From contig OZ242351.1 of assembly GCA_965208675.1 (NCBI GenBank), positions 2,292,834-2,356,833 of the forward strand: a stretch of DNA of 64,000 bases, given 5' to 3'. Position 1 is the first letter of the stretch. The number at the start of each line of letters is the position of its first letter. Below, piece by piece: positions 1 to 10,959 of the stretch. Under the pieces are notes generated by a model that did no database searches, had not been told where the DNA came from, and saw nothing but the letters and a program-made list of their open reading frames with translations. The stretch is from Candidatus Poribacteria bacterium. GTDB lineage: Bacteria > Poribacteria > WGA-4E > PCPOR2b. The position numbers and the translations under genes were made by a program.

Positions 1-46
1 GTTTCAAAATCATCACAGTGTGTTGCTACCTACAAGGAGAATAAAA

Positions 47-853
47 ATGAAAACAATGGTTCTGAATTTGGTGTTGTCCATTATATTCGCGGCGTTTTCT
101 TTTGGAATAGCCGCTGCCGCGGTGGACAATGATGTGGTGCTTGCCATGCCATTTGAGGAAGGTGTTGGTGAGGACACCAAAGACCTCTCCCCCCACGAAA
201 ATCACGGCACGTTCAACGGAAAGGTTACTTGGGCGGATGGAAAGTTTGGTAGTGCGCTTCGGTTCGAGCCGGTTAGCTTTGTTGACGCCGGACAGGATGA
301 GAGTCTGAGTCTATCCGACACAGACTTTACGATTGCCGCTTGGGTAAACATGGAGGAAACTGACGTCCAACAACACGGATTTCTCGGCCAAGATGAAGGG
401 GGCGGATCGAAAAACAAGTGGATTTTTCGATACAACAAAGCCCAAAGTATAAAATTGAATTTTGTGGCGTATAACAGCGAACCTGCGCGCGCGGCGCAAC
501 TCGATTCGAAGCTGTGGGAACCCAAACCCGCAGCGAATCGGTGGTATCAGGTCGCTGTCGTGCGGGAGGGCGACGACTATACGTTCTATATTGATGGCAA
601 ACCGCATAGCATGGCGTCCGATGACTTGGTGATTCCACCCGTCATTGAAGCGCCGCTGACGGTCGGATGGGCTGAAGGCCCCATTGCCATGGATGGCATT
701 GTCGACGAAGTCCTGATACTCCGGCGGGCTTTCACAGACCTTGAAATTCAAACTCACTTCAAGGGCGGTTTGGCGCAAGTCCTCGCCGTTCAATCTCATG
801 GAAAACTCGCCACTACCTGGGCTTCCCTAAAGGGCGCACTAACCTTTCGTTGA
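47..853 (+). CDS. Secreted LamG/concanavalin-A-like lectin domain protein. Start moved to the ATG at 47, which sits behind an AAGGAG Shine-Dalgarno.
   Basis: N-terminal hydrophobic signal peptide (MKTMVLNLVLSIIFAAFSFGIAAAA). Body resembles LamG/ConA-like jelly-roll proteins. AAGGAG lies 7 nt upstream of the ATG at 47. Confidence 0.6.
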   Translation: MKTMVLNLVLSIIFAAFSFGIAAAAVDNDVVLAMPFEEGVGEDTKDLSPHENHGTFNGKVTWADGKFGSALRFEPVSFVDAGQDESLSLSDTDFTIAAWVNMEETDVQQHGFLGQDEGGGSKNKWIFRYNKAQSIKLNFVAYNSEPARAAQLDSKLWEPKPAANRWYQVAVVREGDDYTFYIDGKPHSMASDDLVIPPVIEAPLTVGWAEGPIAMDGIVDEVLILRRAFTDLEIQTHFKGGLAQVLAVQSHGKLATTWASLKGALTFR

Positions 854-940
854 ACCCCCCGATACAGATTAGACCTGCTGCCTACAAATTTAAAGCGCGG
901 TCTTAACCATGTTATGGCGGACGTTAAAAATTCTCAATAG

Positions 941-1236
941 TTTTTGTAGGTTGGGTAGAGCGGATATGGTGAAATTTGCGTAGTGTTTTGTAAGCAGTAA
1001 GTACGTTGAGATTGTTTAGTAGCTGTAACAGTGGAGCGAAACCCAACGATCAACTGAGCGAATAGCGAAGGCGATAGTCTTCCCCACACGGCGCCACCGA
1101 AAAATCGAACACATCGCAATTAACGAAAAGCGTTGGGTTTCGCTCCATCCATCAAATCCCGGACGCGCTTAACCTGACAAACGCTTCGTTACAATCAATA
1201 TAATTTGGATAACCTGCTTAACCCAACCTACAAAAG
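941..1236. repeat. MITE-like nonautonomous element, copy 1. Terminal inverted repeats are GTAGGTTGGGT (946-956) and ACCCAACCTAC (1221-1231). A perfect internal 16-bp inverted repeat pairs GGAGCGAAACCCAACG (1033-1048) with CGTTGGGTTTCGCTCC (1131-1146).
   Basis: Inverted repeats read directly in the sequence. The element is flanked by a T-run and an A-run. A second, diverged copy lies at 34994-35267. Confidence 0.6.
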
Positions 1237-1539
1237 CCCATTTCAGGGGAAGTTGACGAATCCGAACTTGAAATTGACGCCCATTGAAGATAATGTACAA
1301 AAGTTGACATTCAGACTATGAAACTTTCATAGTAACACATTTCCAAAAGTCGGCTGAACCCGCACCGCATAAAGGTTTACTGGTATTTTAGTCCACTCTG
1401 TTTTCTCAGTTTACTATTAAAACTATGAAATTATCCGAAATTTCGCCCTTTTTTTATAGACTGTAAAAACTGTAATTTTGCCAAAAACTCGGTATGAATC
1501 AGGAACGGACACACGTTGGGCACTAATCTGAAGCGATAC

Positions 1540-2259
1540 CTAATTTAGCTTGGCTTTCAGCCTTCGTAGCGCGATGAAGGCAGCGTCATAATCCGGCATT
1601 TCATACAAGGCGCGTTTGTAGCACGCCATCGCTTTATCCCATTCAAACCGATGTTCCCAGACGCGGCCAAGGTTCATGTGCGGATACGCCCGCGGTTCGT
1701 ATCGGGGTGCGCGAGTCGCCTGCTCCAGCCAAGGAATAGCGGCATCGTATTCGCCCTTTTCAATCAAATATGCGCCGATGTCGTTGTATGGATTGCCGAA
1801 ATCAGGGTCAACCCGAATGGCTTTGCGGCATTCCTCAATCGCATCTTCGCCGCGTCCAATCATGCTATATGTCCAACCGAGATAGGTGTGCGCCTCAGCA
1901 GTCGGGTAAATTTCAATGGATTTTAGATACAACCCAATCGCATCGGAAAATTCACCCTTCTGTTGATGCTCTAAAGCGTCCTGCCAGTAAAACAGCGCCT
2001 GTTCCTTTTTATAAGCAATTTCATCGTCGTATATGTTCAGCCTTTCTTCGGCTCGCTTGACCGTGTAGATGCGGTCGTCGTCTTTGTCTACAATTAACCA
2101 TTCGCTGTCTTCCGTTTCAATCGATACTTTGACATTTCGAGAGAGGACAATCTTGTTCTTTTTAAATGCTTGGCGCAGTTCGTCCGGGAGCGTACCGCGG
2201 TTTAAATCCGTTTGAAAACTCAATTCGACATCGAACAGCAACATCTCATCCGCAGCCAC
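1540..2259 (-). CDS. Tetratricopeptide-repeat protein
   Basis: Several 34-residue TPR-like units with the A/G/Y spacing (e.g. AIGLYLKSIEIYPTAEAHTYLGWTY, AIEECRKAIRVDPDFGNPYNDIGAY). Confidence 0.6.
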   Translation of the reverse strand: MAADEMLLFDVELSFQTDLNRGTLPDELRQAFKKNKIVLSRNVKVSIETEDSEWLIVDKDDDRIYTVKRAEERLNIYDDEIAYKKEQALFYWQDALEHQQKGEFSDAIGLYLKSIEIYPTAEAHTYLGWTYSMIGRGEDAIEECRKAIRVDPDFGNPYNDIGAYLIEKGEYDAAIPWLEQATRAPRYEPRAYPHMNLGRVWEHRFEWDKAMACYKRALYEMPDYDAAFIALRRLKAKLN

Positions 2260-2451
2260 AATTCGTGCTCCTTTCTAAGCAGAATGATGTCACAAAACCG
2301 AACAACGAACTTTCTTGCTTCTTCGAGATTCGTCAGTAACGACAAAACTCTACCGTTTATCGCTTCGGCACCAACATCCTCACCCTTATTAAGCGGCCAC
2401 AATCATCCTCCCCCACACCAAGGGGGAGTGAGAGGGGGGTTCTTCAGTTCT

Positions 2452-4533
2452 TCACTTCGAGTCCAACTGGCTTTTCAATTCCGCGAGATTCGTCGTAGGA
2501 GATTTACAGGCGTAATTTTCGCAGACATAGACGGTTGTTTCGCCGTTGATTTGCCGCTTGTATTCAAGGAGCGGGATGAGCGCCTCGGTCTCGTGAGCCT
2601 TCTCATCCGTATCGTCCAACATCGCCATGACCTTGTTCGGGATAAACCGGCTGTGAATGGCATGCAGGACATTCTTCGCCCCCTCGCTGTTCAGCTTCCC
2701 GGCAATCGCTATTTCCTTGGGGATTGAATGCAGAAAATCGAGTTCACACAGCAGTTGAGCAGAACCGCTTGGCGCCGATTTCATCTGATGCGAATAGAGA
2801 TTCAATGCCGTTTGCGCTTTTTCCGTTAGATTGGGTTGATTGAGCAACTTCGAAAGCCGAAGTAAACAGTGGATGGCGATCGAGGTGCCGGACGGCGTAG
2901 CGCCATCGTATGCCGATTTGGACCGGACAATCAACGATTCGTGCCCCTTGCTGGTATAGAAAAAACCGCCCTTAGCGTCATCCCAGAACTGTTCGATCAT
3001 CGTCTCATTGAGTCGTCGGGCGTTTTTGAGCCAGTGAGGATTGAAGGTCGCCTCGTATAGATTGATTAAGCCAGCGATGAAATACGAATAATCTTCGAGA
3101 TAGGCGTTCAGATGGCTTTTACCGGCGCGATGGGTTCGCAGCAGCCCGTTATGCTGTGACAGTTCGGTCAACACAAAATTGGCTGACGCTTCCGCAGCTT
3201 CAAGTAAGCGGCTATGTCCAAGGATTTGATATCCTGATGCCATACTCCGAACCATCAAACCGTTCCAGCTCGTGAGGATTTTGTCGTCCAGACCGGGCTT
3301 TATGCGCTGTTCGCGCACTTCAAACAGCTTCCGCTTCCCTTCGGTGAGAATCGTCTCCAACTCCCCCAAATCCATTCCCAGTTTCTTTGCGAAGATGTCC
3401 GGCGGGGTCTGGACGTGAAGGATGTTCTCGCCTTCAAAATTTCCGGGTTCCGTAATATCGTAATATTCACAGAAAACCTTCGCGTGCTCCGCCTCAAGTA
3501 AGTCTTCAACCTCATCGGGCGTCCAAACGAAAAACTTGCCTTCGACGCCCTCGCTGTCCGCATCTTGCGTCGAGTAAAACCCGCCTGTCTCCGGGTTGTA
3601 CATCTCGCGCAAGACGTAGTCGAGTGTGTCTTGAGCGATGTTCGCATAAAACGGCTCTCCAGACGCCTGATACGTCTCCAAATAGATTGCCGAAAGCAGT
3701 GCGTTGTCGTACAACATCTTCTCAAAGTGTGGGACGAGCCAAGTTTCGTCGGTCGAATAGCGGTGAAATCCCCCGCCAATCTGATCATACATTCCGCCCT
3801 GCGCCATTTTTTGCAGCGTTAGTTCGACCATTTCTAGCGCGTTCTGATTACCGGTGCGGTGCCAGTAACGCAGCAGGAAAGCGAGTCCCATGCTCGGCGG
3901 GAATTTGGGCGCACTTCCAAATCCGCCGTGCCGAGAATCAAACCGCGACCGATAATCTTGATAAGCACGGTCGAATACATCGGTGTTTAGGGGCTGACCG
4001 CCCGCCTGCGTCTCCGATAGTTGATGCAAGCGTTCGGTGATTCGATTTGCTTGTTCAACAATGCTCTCGTGACGTTCGCGGTACGCCTCAATTACACCAA
4101 GCAGCACACGCGGGAAACCGGGGCGTCCGTATCGGTCATCAGGGGGGAAGTAGGTGCCGCCGTAAAAGGGTTTCAAATCCGGCGCAAGAAACATGGTCAT
4201 TGGCCAACCGCCGGATCCCGTGAGCATCTGGACGGCGTTCATGTAGATTTCATCAAGATCTGGACGTTCCTCGCGGTCCACCTTGATGTTGATAAAATGT
4301 TCGTTCATGATTGAGGCGATTTGCTCGTTCTCAAAGGATTCGTGCTCCATCACGTGGCACCAATGGCATGCAGCATATCCAACGCTCAAGAGAATCGGCT
4401 TATTCTCACGCCTCGCGAGCGCCAACGCCTCTTCTCCCCACGGATACCAATCGACAGGATTGTGAGCGTGTTGCAGGAGGTACGGGCTCGTCTCGTTAAT
4501 GAGCCGATTTGTATGTTTCGGGTTTTCAGACAT
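2452..4533 (-). CDS. Thioredoxin-domain protein of the YyaL/DUF255 family, with an N-acylglucosamine-2-epimerase-like (alpha/alpha)6 C-terminal region
   Basis: N-terminal thioredoxin-like region ([38 protein letters not shown]) followed by a long alpha-helical repeat region. At 693 aa the length is typical of this family. Confidence 0.7.
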   Translation of the reverse strand: MSENPKHTNRLINETSPYLLQHAHNPVDWYPWGEEALALARRENKPILLSVGYAACHWCHVMEHESFENEQIASIMNEHFINIKVDREERPDLDEIYMNAVQMLTGSGGWPMTMFLAPDLKPFYGGTYFPPDDRYGRPGFPRVLLGVIEAYRERHESIVEQANRITERLHQLSETQAGGQPLNTDVFDRAYQDYRSRFDSRHGGFGSAPKFPPSMGLAFLLRYWHRTGNQNALEMVELTLQKMAQGGMYDQIGGGFHRYSTDETWLVPHFEKMLYDNALLSAIYLETYQASGEPFYANIAQDTLDYVLREMYNPETGGFYSTQDADSEGVEGKFFVWTPDEVEDLLEAEHAKVFCEYYDITEPGNFEGENILHVQTPPDIFAKKLGMDLGELETILTEGKRKLFEVREQRIKPGLDDKILTSWNGLMVRSMASGYQILGHSRLLEAAEASANFVLTELSQHNGLLRTHRAGKSHLNAYLEDYSYFIAGLINLYEATFNPHWLKNARRLNETMIEQFWDDAKGGFFYTSKGHESLIVRSKSAYDGATPSGTSIAIHCLLRLSKLLNQPNLTEKAQTALNLYSHQMKSAPSGSAQLLCELDFLHSIPKEIAIAGKLNSEGAKNVLHAIHSRFIPNKVMAMLDDTDEKAHETEALIPLLEYKRQINGETTVYVCENYACKSPTTNLAELKSQLDSK

Positions 4534-4546
4534 TCATTTCCCTCTC

Positions 4547-5500
4547 TTAGGGTGCCGCGATACCGCCGCTGCTGCCAGTTTTTAGGACGACATAGCTCCT
4601 ATATCGAACCGGGCTAATCTCGCCTGCATTGACAGCCTCGGTTACTGCACAATCTGGCTCATTAAGATGGATGCAATCGTTGTATTTGCATTCACCAAGG
4701 TAGGAATCCATTTCCGGAAAATAGAGGTCAAGGTCTTCCGTATCAACGCCCCACAGACCGACCTCTCGAATGCCCGGCGTGTCCGCCACTTCGCCGCCAT
4801 TTTCCAAGGAAAAGAGTTCAACAAGCGTTGTGGTATGGCGTCCTTTACCGGTTTTCAACCCGACTTCACCAATGGGCAAGGCGAGTCCCGGTTGCACCGC
4901 GTTAAGAAGGCTCGACTTCCCTACCCCAGACGCCCCGACGATGACACTGAACTTATCGGATAATACACGTTCGAGTCGATCAATACCCTCGCCATCTGTG
5001 ACGCTAGTATAGATTACCTGATAGCCGAGACGGTCGTAGACGTTCAACATAGAGATTACCCTACCCTTTTCCACCGAGTCGATAAGGTCAATCTTATTTA
5101 GACAAACGACAGCGCCCATCTGCCCTGCTTCGGCTAGTATAAGGAATCGATCGAGCGTTCGGTAGTTAAGGTCCGGCAGGCGGGTTGAAACAACAGCCAC
5201 CACCTGATCAGCGTTTGCGACGACAATTTGCTCGATTGTGTCTCGCTTGCCTGGGTGGCGGCGAGATAGTTTAGTCCGCCGCGGCAGGATGCCTTCGATA
5301 ACACCCCTTTCCTCGTCAAGGGGCGCGACCACTACTTCATCGCCAACTGCGACAGGGTCGGCGTAGATTTGCTTGCCCTCCTCCGATCGCCGTTCTCGCT
5401 TGACACGCCCGCGCAGCGTGCAGCGAAGCACACCGCCGTCAAGTTGGACATCGTAAAAACTCGTTCGGGCGCGAATGACTCGTCCGTGACTGTCGTCCAT
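4547..5500 (-). CDS. rsgA: Ribosome small-subunit-dependent GTPase A
   Basis: Circularly permuted GTPase: VISMLNKIDL, then the P-loop GASGVGKSSLLNAV. C-terminal zinc-binding CxxC/H cluster (ECKYNDCIHLNEPDCAV). Confidence 0.85.
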   Translation of the reverse strand: MDDSHGRVIRARTSFYDVQLDGGVLRCTLRGRVKRERRSEEGKQIYADPVAVGDEVVVAPLDEERGVIEGILPRRTKLSRRHPGKRDTIEQIVVANADQVVAVVSTRLPDLNYRTLDRFLILAEAGQMGAVVCLNKIDLIDSVEKGRVISMLNVYDRLGYQVIYTSVTDGEGIDRLERVLSDKFSVIVGASGVGKSSLLNAVQPGLALPIGEVGLKTGKGRHTTTLVELFSLENGGEVADTPGIREVGLWGVDTEDLDLYFPEMDSYLGECKYNDCIHLNEPDCAVTEAVNAGEISPVRYRSYVVLKTGSSGGIAAP

Positions 5501-5568
5501 ATAAATTCGTCCGCCTTGACGATTATGCCTTGCTACGAATACAGGCGCTAGTGCGAATCTTTAGAGCA

Positions 5569-5955
5569 CTAGCAGGGAATTACCCAATGCAGGACAGTGT
5601 CGATAAACGAAATTAGAAGGGCAGCTATTATGGTGTTGAAGAAACCATTTACCTCAAACCCTTTGATTATCTTCGCCGTAATCCAGAGGAGAAAAGCGTT
5701 TATGACAAAATAGAACAGACCGAGCGTCAGAATAAACAGCGGCAGTGTTAACAAAATAAAAATCTTGGTGAACACCGTTTTCAATATTCCGTAAACGAGC
5801 GCTACGACGACTGCCGTGGCGAAGTTTTTGACACGGATAGACGATAAGATATGGGTAGCGACAAAGACCGACACGCTGAGGATTAAGAGTTCGATTATCC
5901 AGTGAATTATGGGGCTATAATCAGGCAATCTCGATTTCCCCTTTCGCGGACACAA
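5569..5955 (-). CDS. Small integral membrane protein, phage-holin-family-4-like (128 aa, about 4 TM helices)
   Basis: Hydrophobic helices throughout. Size and topology are typical of the holin-4 / DUF family. No catalytic motif. Confidence 0.4.
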   Translation of the reverse strand: MCPRKGKSRLPDYSPIIHWIIELLILSVSVFVATHILSSIRVKNFATAVVVALVYGILKTVFTKIFILLTLPLFILTLGLFYFVINAFLLWITAKIIKGFEVNGFFNTIIAALLISFIDTVLHWVIPC

Positions 5956-5976
5956 AGGTGCCCTTGACCGTATTCC

Positions 5977-6780
5977 TTACTTCCCGAACCGCCGCTGCCG
6001 TTGGCTATAGTCACGAATTGCGCGGAGAAAGTCAATCTTTCTAAATGATGGCCAATACGTATCGCAGAAGTAGTATTCTGAATACACGCTTTGCCAAAGC
6101 AAAAACCCAGATAGTCGTACCTCTCCGCTGGTTCGGATAATCAGGTCGGGGTCCGGCAATTCAGACGTGTAGAGGTGTGGGCTAATCTTTTCGACACTGA
6201 GTTCATCCGTAATTTCGGCGGGTTCACGCCCCTTCGCAAGTTCGGATTGTAGATGGCTGCGGACGGCTTCGACAATCTCTTCACGCCCGCCGTAAGCGAC
6301 AGCTACGTTCAAAATAAATTTGTCGTAATGCTTTGTTGCCTTCTCCGCAGCGTGAATTGCGTCTTGAAGACTCTGCGGCAGCAGTTCAATTTGTCCCATG
6401 GATCGAATCTTAATCTGGTTGGTGTGCAGCCCTTCAATCGTCACAACTTCGCGCATCTTCTTTTCAATAAGATCTAATATCTCTGTGACTTCGGATTGAT
6501 CGCGCTTGAAATTGTCGAGAGAGAAAATCCAGATGGAGACAATCTTGACGCCCAACTCATCACACCAATGGAGCATCTCTTCCAGTTTGTGAGCGCCGTC
6601 ATAATGTCCTTTGATGGTATCCATAAAGCCCTGCTTTTTTGCATAACGGCGATTACCATCAAGAATAATACCAATGTGGTGGGGAATATGCCAATGGCTG
6701 GTTTTCTGCTCAAGCCGCTTTTGGTAAACCGCGTAGAAGAATTTTTTTAGAGGATTTTTTATAATTTGCATTGGATGCAT
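5977..6780 (-). CDS. uppS: Isoprenyl transferase (undecaprenyl-diphosphate synthase family, cis-prenyltransferase)
   Basis: Conserved HIGIILDGNRRYAKK motif and FSLDNFKR. Overall cis-IPPS layout, including the R-x-G C-terminal region. Confidence 0.85.
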   Translation of the reverse strand: MHPMQIIKNPLKKFFYAVYQKRLEQKTSHWHIPHHIGIILDGNRRYAKKQGFMDTIKGHYDGAHKLEEMLHWCDELGVKIVSIWIFSLDNFKRDQSEVTEILDLIEKKMREVVTIEGLHTNQIKIRSMGQIELLPQSLQDAIHAAEKATKHYDKFILNVAVAYGGREEIVEAVRSHLQSELAKGREPAEITDELSVEKISPHLYTSELPDPDLIIRTSGEVRLSGFLLWQSVYSEYYFCDTYWPSFRKIDFLRAIRDYSQRQRRFGK

Positions 6781-7084
6781 GGTGAGGCCTCGAAAAGATT
6801 GTTCATTTTGATTATACCATACAACACAAGATGAGAAAAAGCCAAAACCATTGATGCTGTTGAATCCAATAATTGTACGGACATCTTTTGATATCAGTGT
6901 AAAGTCCGTTAACAGCAGGCGAGTCTTCGGACTGATCGTATTTAAAGAACCACGTTATTTGCACATACCCCTTTCGTTTTACTTTTGCGTTTCAGGTTAA
7001 ACATGGTAAAATTATGCCGCCTCGTAACGTCCCAGTATTTGGGAAGATGATGCTTCGCAGCCATTTTGGAAAGGGAACGGGTGC

Positions 7085-8242
7085 ATGCCGGACGTTGTTG
7101 TTGGACATATTGAAGACCCAGAAAGCCTTAAAGCTGTATTCACTGAATTTGAACGACATCATCCCGGCATCAAAATAGGGATGGGACATTTCGAAGGCGA
7201 CGACGGTGAGGTTGCAACGGAGTATGGCGGCGTCCGATATATCTGGATTGATCGGGGCGCGGGCGAGGTCTTTCTAGATTCAGGTTATCGGACGCAAGAG
7301 GGAGATGGCGAGCGATTGCCCGCAATTTACGAAACGGATCGATGTGATGATGAGAATTGGTCAATATTGCAAACATTGGCGGGAAACCTTGACACACTCC
7401 ATGAAAGAATTAGACCGCCGGTTGAGGGCATATTAGACAGGGTAACGGAACGAACATTGGTTGGCGACATCGCCAACGAAATCTGGTTAATGGAGGAGAG
7501 CGGGGCCTCTCGCGGACAATGGTCCAGCCGACCGAAGGTGCGCCGTACCTTTGAACTTCTGCTGGTGAACTATTCTACTATCGGTTGGTCTACGAAACAG
7601 ACGAGTTCGTTTGAACCCATTCAAGCTGGCGACCAACTCACCGTACTGGATGATGAGCCGATTCGGGTGCGCGGGAAATTCAGTTATTGGTGGATTGAGA
7701 ACACGAACATCTTCATGACACACTTAACGACGGCTCGCCGCCTGCGCTATCTGCGTGATACGGCGGGCGGTTGCAATACTTCAACTGACGGTTTCCGCCG
7801 CTTAACCATGACATGGCATTGCAACACAGCGACCGCAGATGAGGCTGACGGCATCAATACGGTCAATAGCCATGTTGTCAACATTACTGCTCAGTCCTCG
7901 CGGACCCACTACCACCCAGCGATTCCGGTCGGCGGCGGCAAACCACAGCACGAAATCTACCTGGCGCTCAACCCGAGCGCGTATTCGTTGAACACTTACG
8001 GGCGCGATAGTCATCTACATGTATTTCCGGACCTTACAAATCTCGCAAACCACGAACAAATACCGCTAACACCGGGTGACGTCGTCTACATTCCGCCAGA
8101 TACCGGACATCGCGCCGTGGATGCCTTTGTGAACGTCGTAACGCTGCCCGGCTTCAAGCCGCATAATGAGGTTGATTTAGATGCGCAAATCAAGGAGACA
8201 ACCAACGGGAGTGTTCCCTACAATGAGAATGTGCTTCACTAA
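7085..8242 (+). CDS. Hypothetical protein with a C-terminal cupin-like beta-barrel
   Basis: Long ORF with no recognisable N-terminal domain. The C-terminal segment (HYHPAIP ... EIYLAL ... GDVVYIPPDTGHRAV) matches the two-motif cupin pattern. Confidence 0.45.
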   Translation: MPDVVVGHIEDPESLKAVFTEFERHHPGIKIGMGHFEGDDGEVATEYGGVRYIWIDRGAGEVFLDSGYRTQEGDGERLPAIYETDRCDDENWSILQTLAGNLDTLHERIRPPVEGILDRVTERTLVGDIANEIWLMEESGASRGQWSSRPKVRRTFELLLVNYSTIGWSTKQTSSFEPIQAGDQLTVLDDEPIRVRGKFSYWWIENTNIFMTHLTTARRLRYLRDTAGGCNTSTDGFRRLTMTWHCNTATADEADGINTVNSHVVNITAQSSRTHYHPAIPVGGGKPQHEIYLALNPSAYSLNTYGRDSHLHVFPDLTNLANHEQIPLTPGDVVYIPPDTGHRAVDAFVNVVTLPGFKPHNEVDLDAQIKETTNGSVPYNENVLH

Positions 8243-8447
8243 CAACGGAACTTGTACGAAAAGTGGGCGGCAAAGCTACATTTTCGTTTGTGCGTCGAAA
8301 TCATGGTAATTTTAAGGGTTTCACCCTTTCGATAAAGCTATACATGGATGGAACAATTATGAGGCTATACCGTCCACTTCTCCTTTAACCGCACTACGCT
8401 ACTTGCAAAAACCTGTGGAGCATCCTTGAAATTCGGATAAACGGATA

Positions 8448-9269
8448 ATGGACGAGAAGATATTCAAGTATTACGAGAAGGGCGAAGAGGCAGCCCGCCT
8501 CAGTGGCGGATTCGACCGTGTGGAGTTTGAAAGAACGAAGGAAATCCTACTCAGATACCTGCCGCCGCCGCCCGCAAAAATTCTCGATGTTGGAGGCGGC
8601 GCCGGCGCCTATTCCTTCTGGCTAGCGGAAAAGTCCTACACAGTTCATCTGATTGACATTGTACCCCTCCATGTTGAGCAGACGAAAACGGCAGACGGTG
8701 CGGCGCTTCTTGCCAGCATTGGCAAAGGAGACGCCAGAAAACTCGATTTCGAATCTGACTCTATGGATGTCGTGCTTCTACTCGGGCCGCTCTACCATCT
8801 TCCACGGCGTTCGAATCGAATCCGAGCATTGAAAGAAACTCGCCGCGTCTTAAAAACCGGAGGTTTGGTGTTTTGCGCTGCCATTTCACGGTTCGCATCT
8901 CTTCTTGGCGGCTTGGCTCAGGATTTCTTATCCGATCCAGAGTTCCATAATATCGCCTTGAAAGATGTAAAAGATGGCAATCACCTCAATCCGAAAGAGA
9001 TCCCGGGTTACTTTACAACCGCATACTTTCACAGACCAGAAGAATTAGCAGCGGAAATCAAGGAAGCAGGACTTAGCCATTTAAGCACATTGGGCTTAGA
9101 GGGGTCATCATGGCTGTTGGGAGATTTCGAAGAGCGGTGGGCAGACCCCGCGCGAAAAGCGATTATTCTTGAAGTGTTGCGACTGATAGAAGACGAAACA
9201 ACACTTCTCGGTGTCAGTGCACATCTTTTGGCGGTTGCCAAAAAAGAAGGAAGAACCGAAGCTAACTGA
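8448..9269 (+). CDS. Class I SAM-dependent methyltransferase
   Basis: Rossmann motif I ILDVGGGAGAYSFWLAE, a downstream acidic residue (LIDIV), and motif post-I/II spacing. Confidence 0.75.
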   Translation: MDEKIFKYYEKGEEAARLSGGFDRVEFERTKEILLRYLPPPPAKILDVGGGAGAYSFWLAEKSYTVHLIDIVPLHVEQTKTADGAALLASIGKGDARKLDFESDSMDVVLLLGPLYHLPRRSNRIRALKETRRVLKTGGLVFCAAISRFASLLGGLAQDFLSDPEFHNIALKDVKDGNHLNPKEIPGYFTTAYFHRPEELAAEIKEAGLSHLSTLGLEGSSWLLGDFEERWADPARKAIILEVLRLIEDETTLLGVSAHLLAVAKKEGRTEAN

Positions 9270-9305
9270 TTCAGATGGCTTTCAATCGAGATCGAAGGCG
9301 TACCT

Positions 9306-9530
9306 ATGGATAAATGGTATATCAGCGTAACAGTATTGAACGTACTCGCCCTCATTATGCTCATCGGATTCCTAATATACTTTTTTCAACCATCGGCGCT
9401 TGTAAAACGGTTAGGGCTTATCTTTTTCTTAACCGCGGGCACGTTGGTCATGGTTAGAGGTGTCGTAAAAATCACGATGGGCATGCAAAAGGGCGGGAAA
9501 TTACGGATCTCATCGAAAAAGAGAGACTGA
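9306..9530 (+). CDS. Small two-helix membrane protein, hypothetical
   Basis: Two hydrophobic helices and a basic C-terminus. Short ORF, so it could be spurious. Confidence 0.3.
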   Translation: MDKWYISVTVLNVLALIMLIGFLIYFFQPSALVKRLGLIFFLTAGTLVMVRGVVKITMGMQKGGKLRISSKKRD

Positions 9531-9591
9531 CCATCCCGTGTTGTAAACTACATCTCAATGGGGAAATCATAATCATTAACGGAGGGGAATC

Positions 9592-10545
9592 ATGATTGAC
9601 AATCGAACGAGAGTTGCACTTACCCGAGAAGGAAATCGACGCGAAAATGTCTTCACCGCACTCGATTTGGTCCGCGGCGATGTCGTTCCCAAGTTGCGGG
9701 ATCAGGTGATGTTGAAACCGAATTTCCTATCAGGCGACAACCAGTTGGCGTCAACACACGTTGACGCCATCCGCGGCACAATTGATTTTTTGCTGACTAC
9801 CGCAACCCCTCCGCAGGAAATCATTGTGGCGGAAGGCGGCAACGAAGAGGTACCCGGAGAGGCGTTCGAGAATTTCGGTTATTACGCGTTAATTGACGAA
9901 TACCCCATCCCAATTCGGTTAGTGGATCTCAATCAAGAGGAGAATTGGGAGGAGACGCACATCCTACTCGCGGATAGCAGTGAAGTACCCGTGTACATGC
10001 CCAAAACTGTGTTGGATTGCCCGTGCACGATCTCCGTCGGTGTCGCAAAAACGCACGATGTCTGTGTGGTTACACTTGCCCTTAAAAACATGATTATGGG
10101 GACATTACGCAAACAGGACCGCGTCAAGATGCACGGCTTCTGCACCCACGCGGAGCGAAAATTGCCCCGCGAGGCGCAGACACTGAACATCAATCTGATT
10201 CGGTTGTCCCGATATCTTCGTCCCGATATCGCCGTTATTGACGGATACCTAGGGTTACAGGGAAACGGTCCAAGTGGAACCGACGCCGTTGATTTCGGGA
10301 TTGCTGTCGCAAGTGCAGACGTGTTTGCCGCTGACACCGTGATGGCGAAGGCGATGGGCTTTGATCCGCTGCATCTTGGATTGATGCATTACGCCAAAGA
10401 GATGGGATATGGCACGGCTGCTCTTGATAAAATCGATGTGTTGGGGACCCCGGTCGAATCAGTGATCACGCCTTTCAAGCCGCATGAAACGGTGCATCTA
10501 CAATTGCAATGGCATGAACCCGATGCGATGCGTTATTTAGCATGA
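9592..10545 (+). CDS. DUF362 domain-containing protein
   Basis: The N-terminal segment (VALTREGNRRENVFTALDLV ... KPNFLSGDNQ) is characteristic of the DUF362 family. Confidence 0.55.
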   Translation: MIDNRTRVALTREGNRRENVFTALDLVRGDVVPKLRDQVMLKPNFLSGDNQLASTHVDAIRGTIDFLLTTATPPQEIIVAEGGNEEVPGEAFENFGYYALIDEYPIPIRLVDLNQEENWEETHILLADSSEVPVYMPKTVLDCPCTISVGVAKTHDVCVVTLALKNMIMGTLRKQDRVKMHGFCTHAERKLPREAQTLNINLIRLSRYLRPDIAVIDGYLGLQGNGPSGTDAVDFGIAVASADVFAADTVMAKAMGFDPLHLGLMHYAKEMGYGTAALDKIDVLGTPVESVITPFKPHETVHLQLQWHEPDAMRYLA

Positions 10546-10659
10546 GATGTGCGTATACGGCGATCGGCTTGTTTAGGCGGCATACGGACAGCCGAAACGT
10601 ACAGAATCGTTGGCGGCGGACGGATTGCCTCGCACCCATTGCATCAAACTAGAAAAAAC

Positions 10660-10688
10660 TTGACATGTTATCGAACGTTTGTTAACAT
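10660..10688 (+). promoter_or_regulatory. Sigma70-like promoter upstream of the ileS leader: TTGACA, 17 bp, TAACAT
   Basis: TTGACA at 10660-10665 and TAACAT at 10683-10688 with exactly 17 bp between them. About 470 nt upstream of the ileS start. Confidence 0.45.
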
Positions 10689-10917
10689 AGCGTTAAAGTT
10701 TGCCGCGACCTCAGATGGAGAGATTTGGATTGTGTCACATTCATTATCACGCGCCGCCGCAATGAACAAGACGCATAATAGAGGCATACCCGCTGTACAT
10801 TTCGTGTCTGCCTTGATTACAATAATCGCCGTCATTTGCGCGTCTTACGGTGGTGGGCTGACAGAAACGACCTAAATTCGGTTCCGCAATCATAATTATC
10901 CAAAATGCCCATTATCG

Positions 10918-10959
10918 AAACAGGCTTCGATGGTGGGCGTTTTTATTTTCGGTGAATAT
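10918..10959 (+). terminator. Intrinsic terminator / attenuator hairpin inside the ileS leader
   Basis: Stem CCCATTATCGAA / TTCGATGGTGGG with two mismatches and loop ACAGGC, followed by CGTTTTTATTTT. Lies between the predicted promoter and the ileS start codon. Confidence 0.5.

Noticed and set aside
6992-7189. Short antisense/overlapping ORFs throughout the track (for example 6992-7189, 2220-2402, 3300-3788)
   Set aside because: They are embedded in or antisense to well-supported genes, lack motifs, and have biased composition. Treated as spurious.
10549-10875. 108-aa ORF in the ileS upstream region
   Set aside because: It overlaps the predicted promoter, leader and terminator of ileS and has no motif. 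Most likely non-coding leader.
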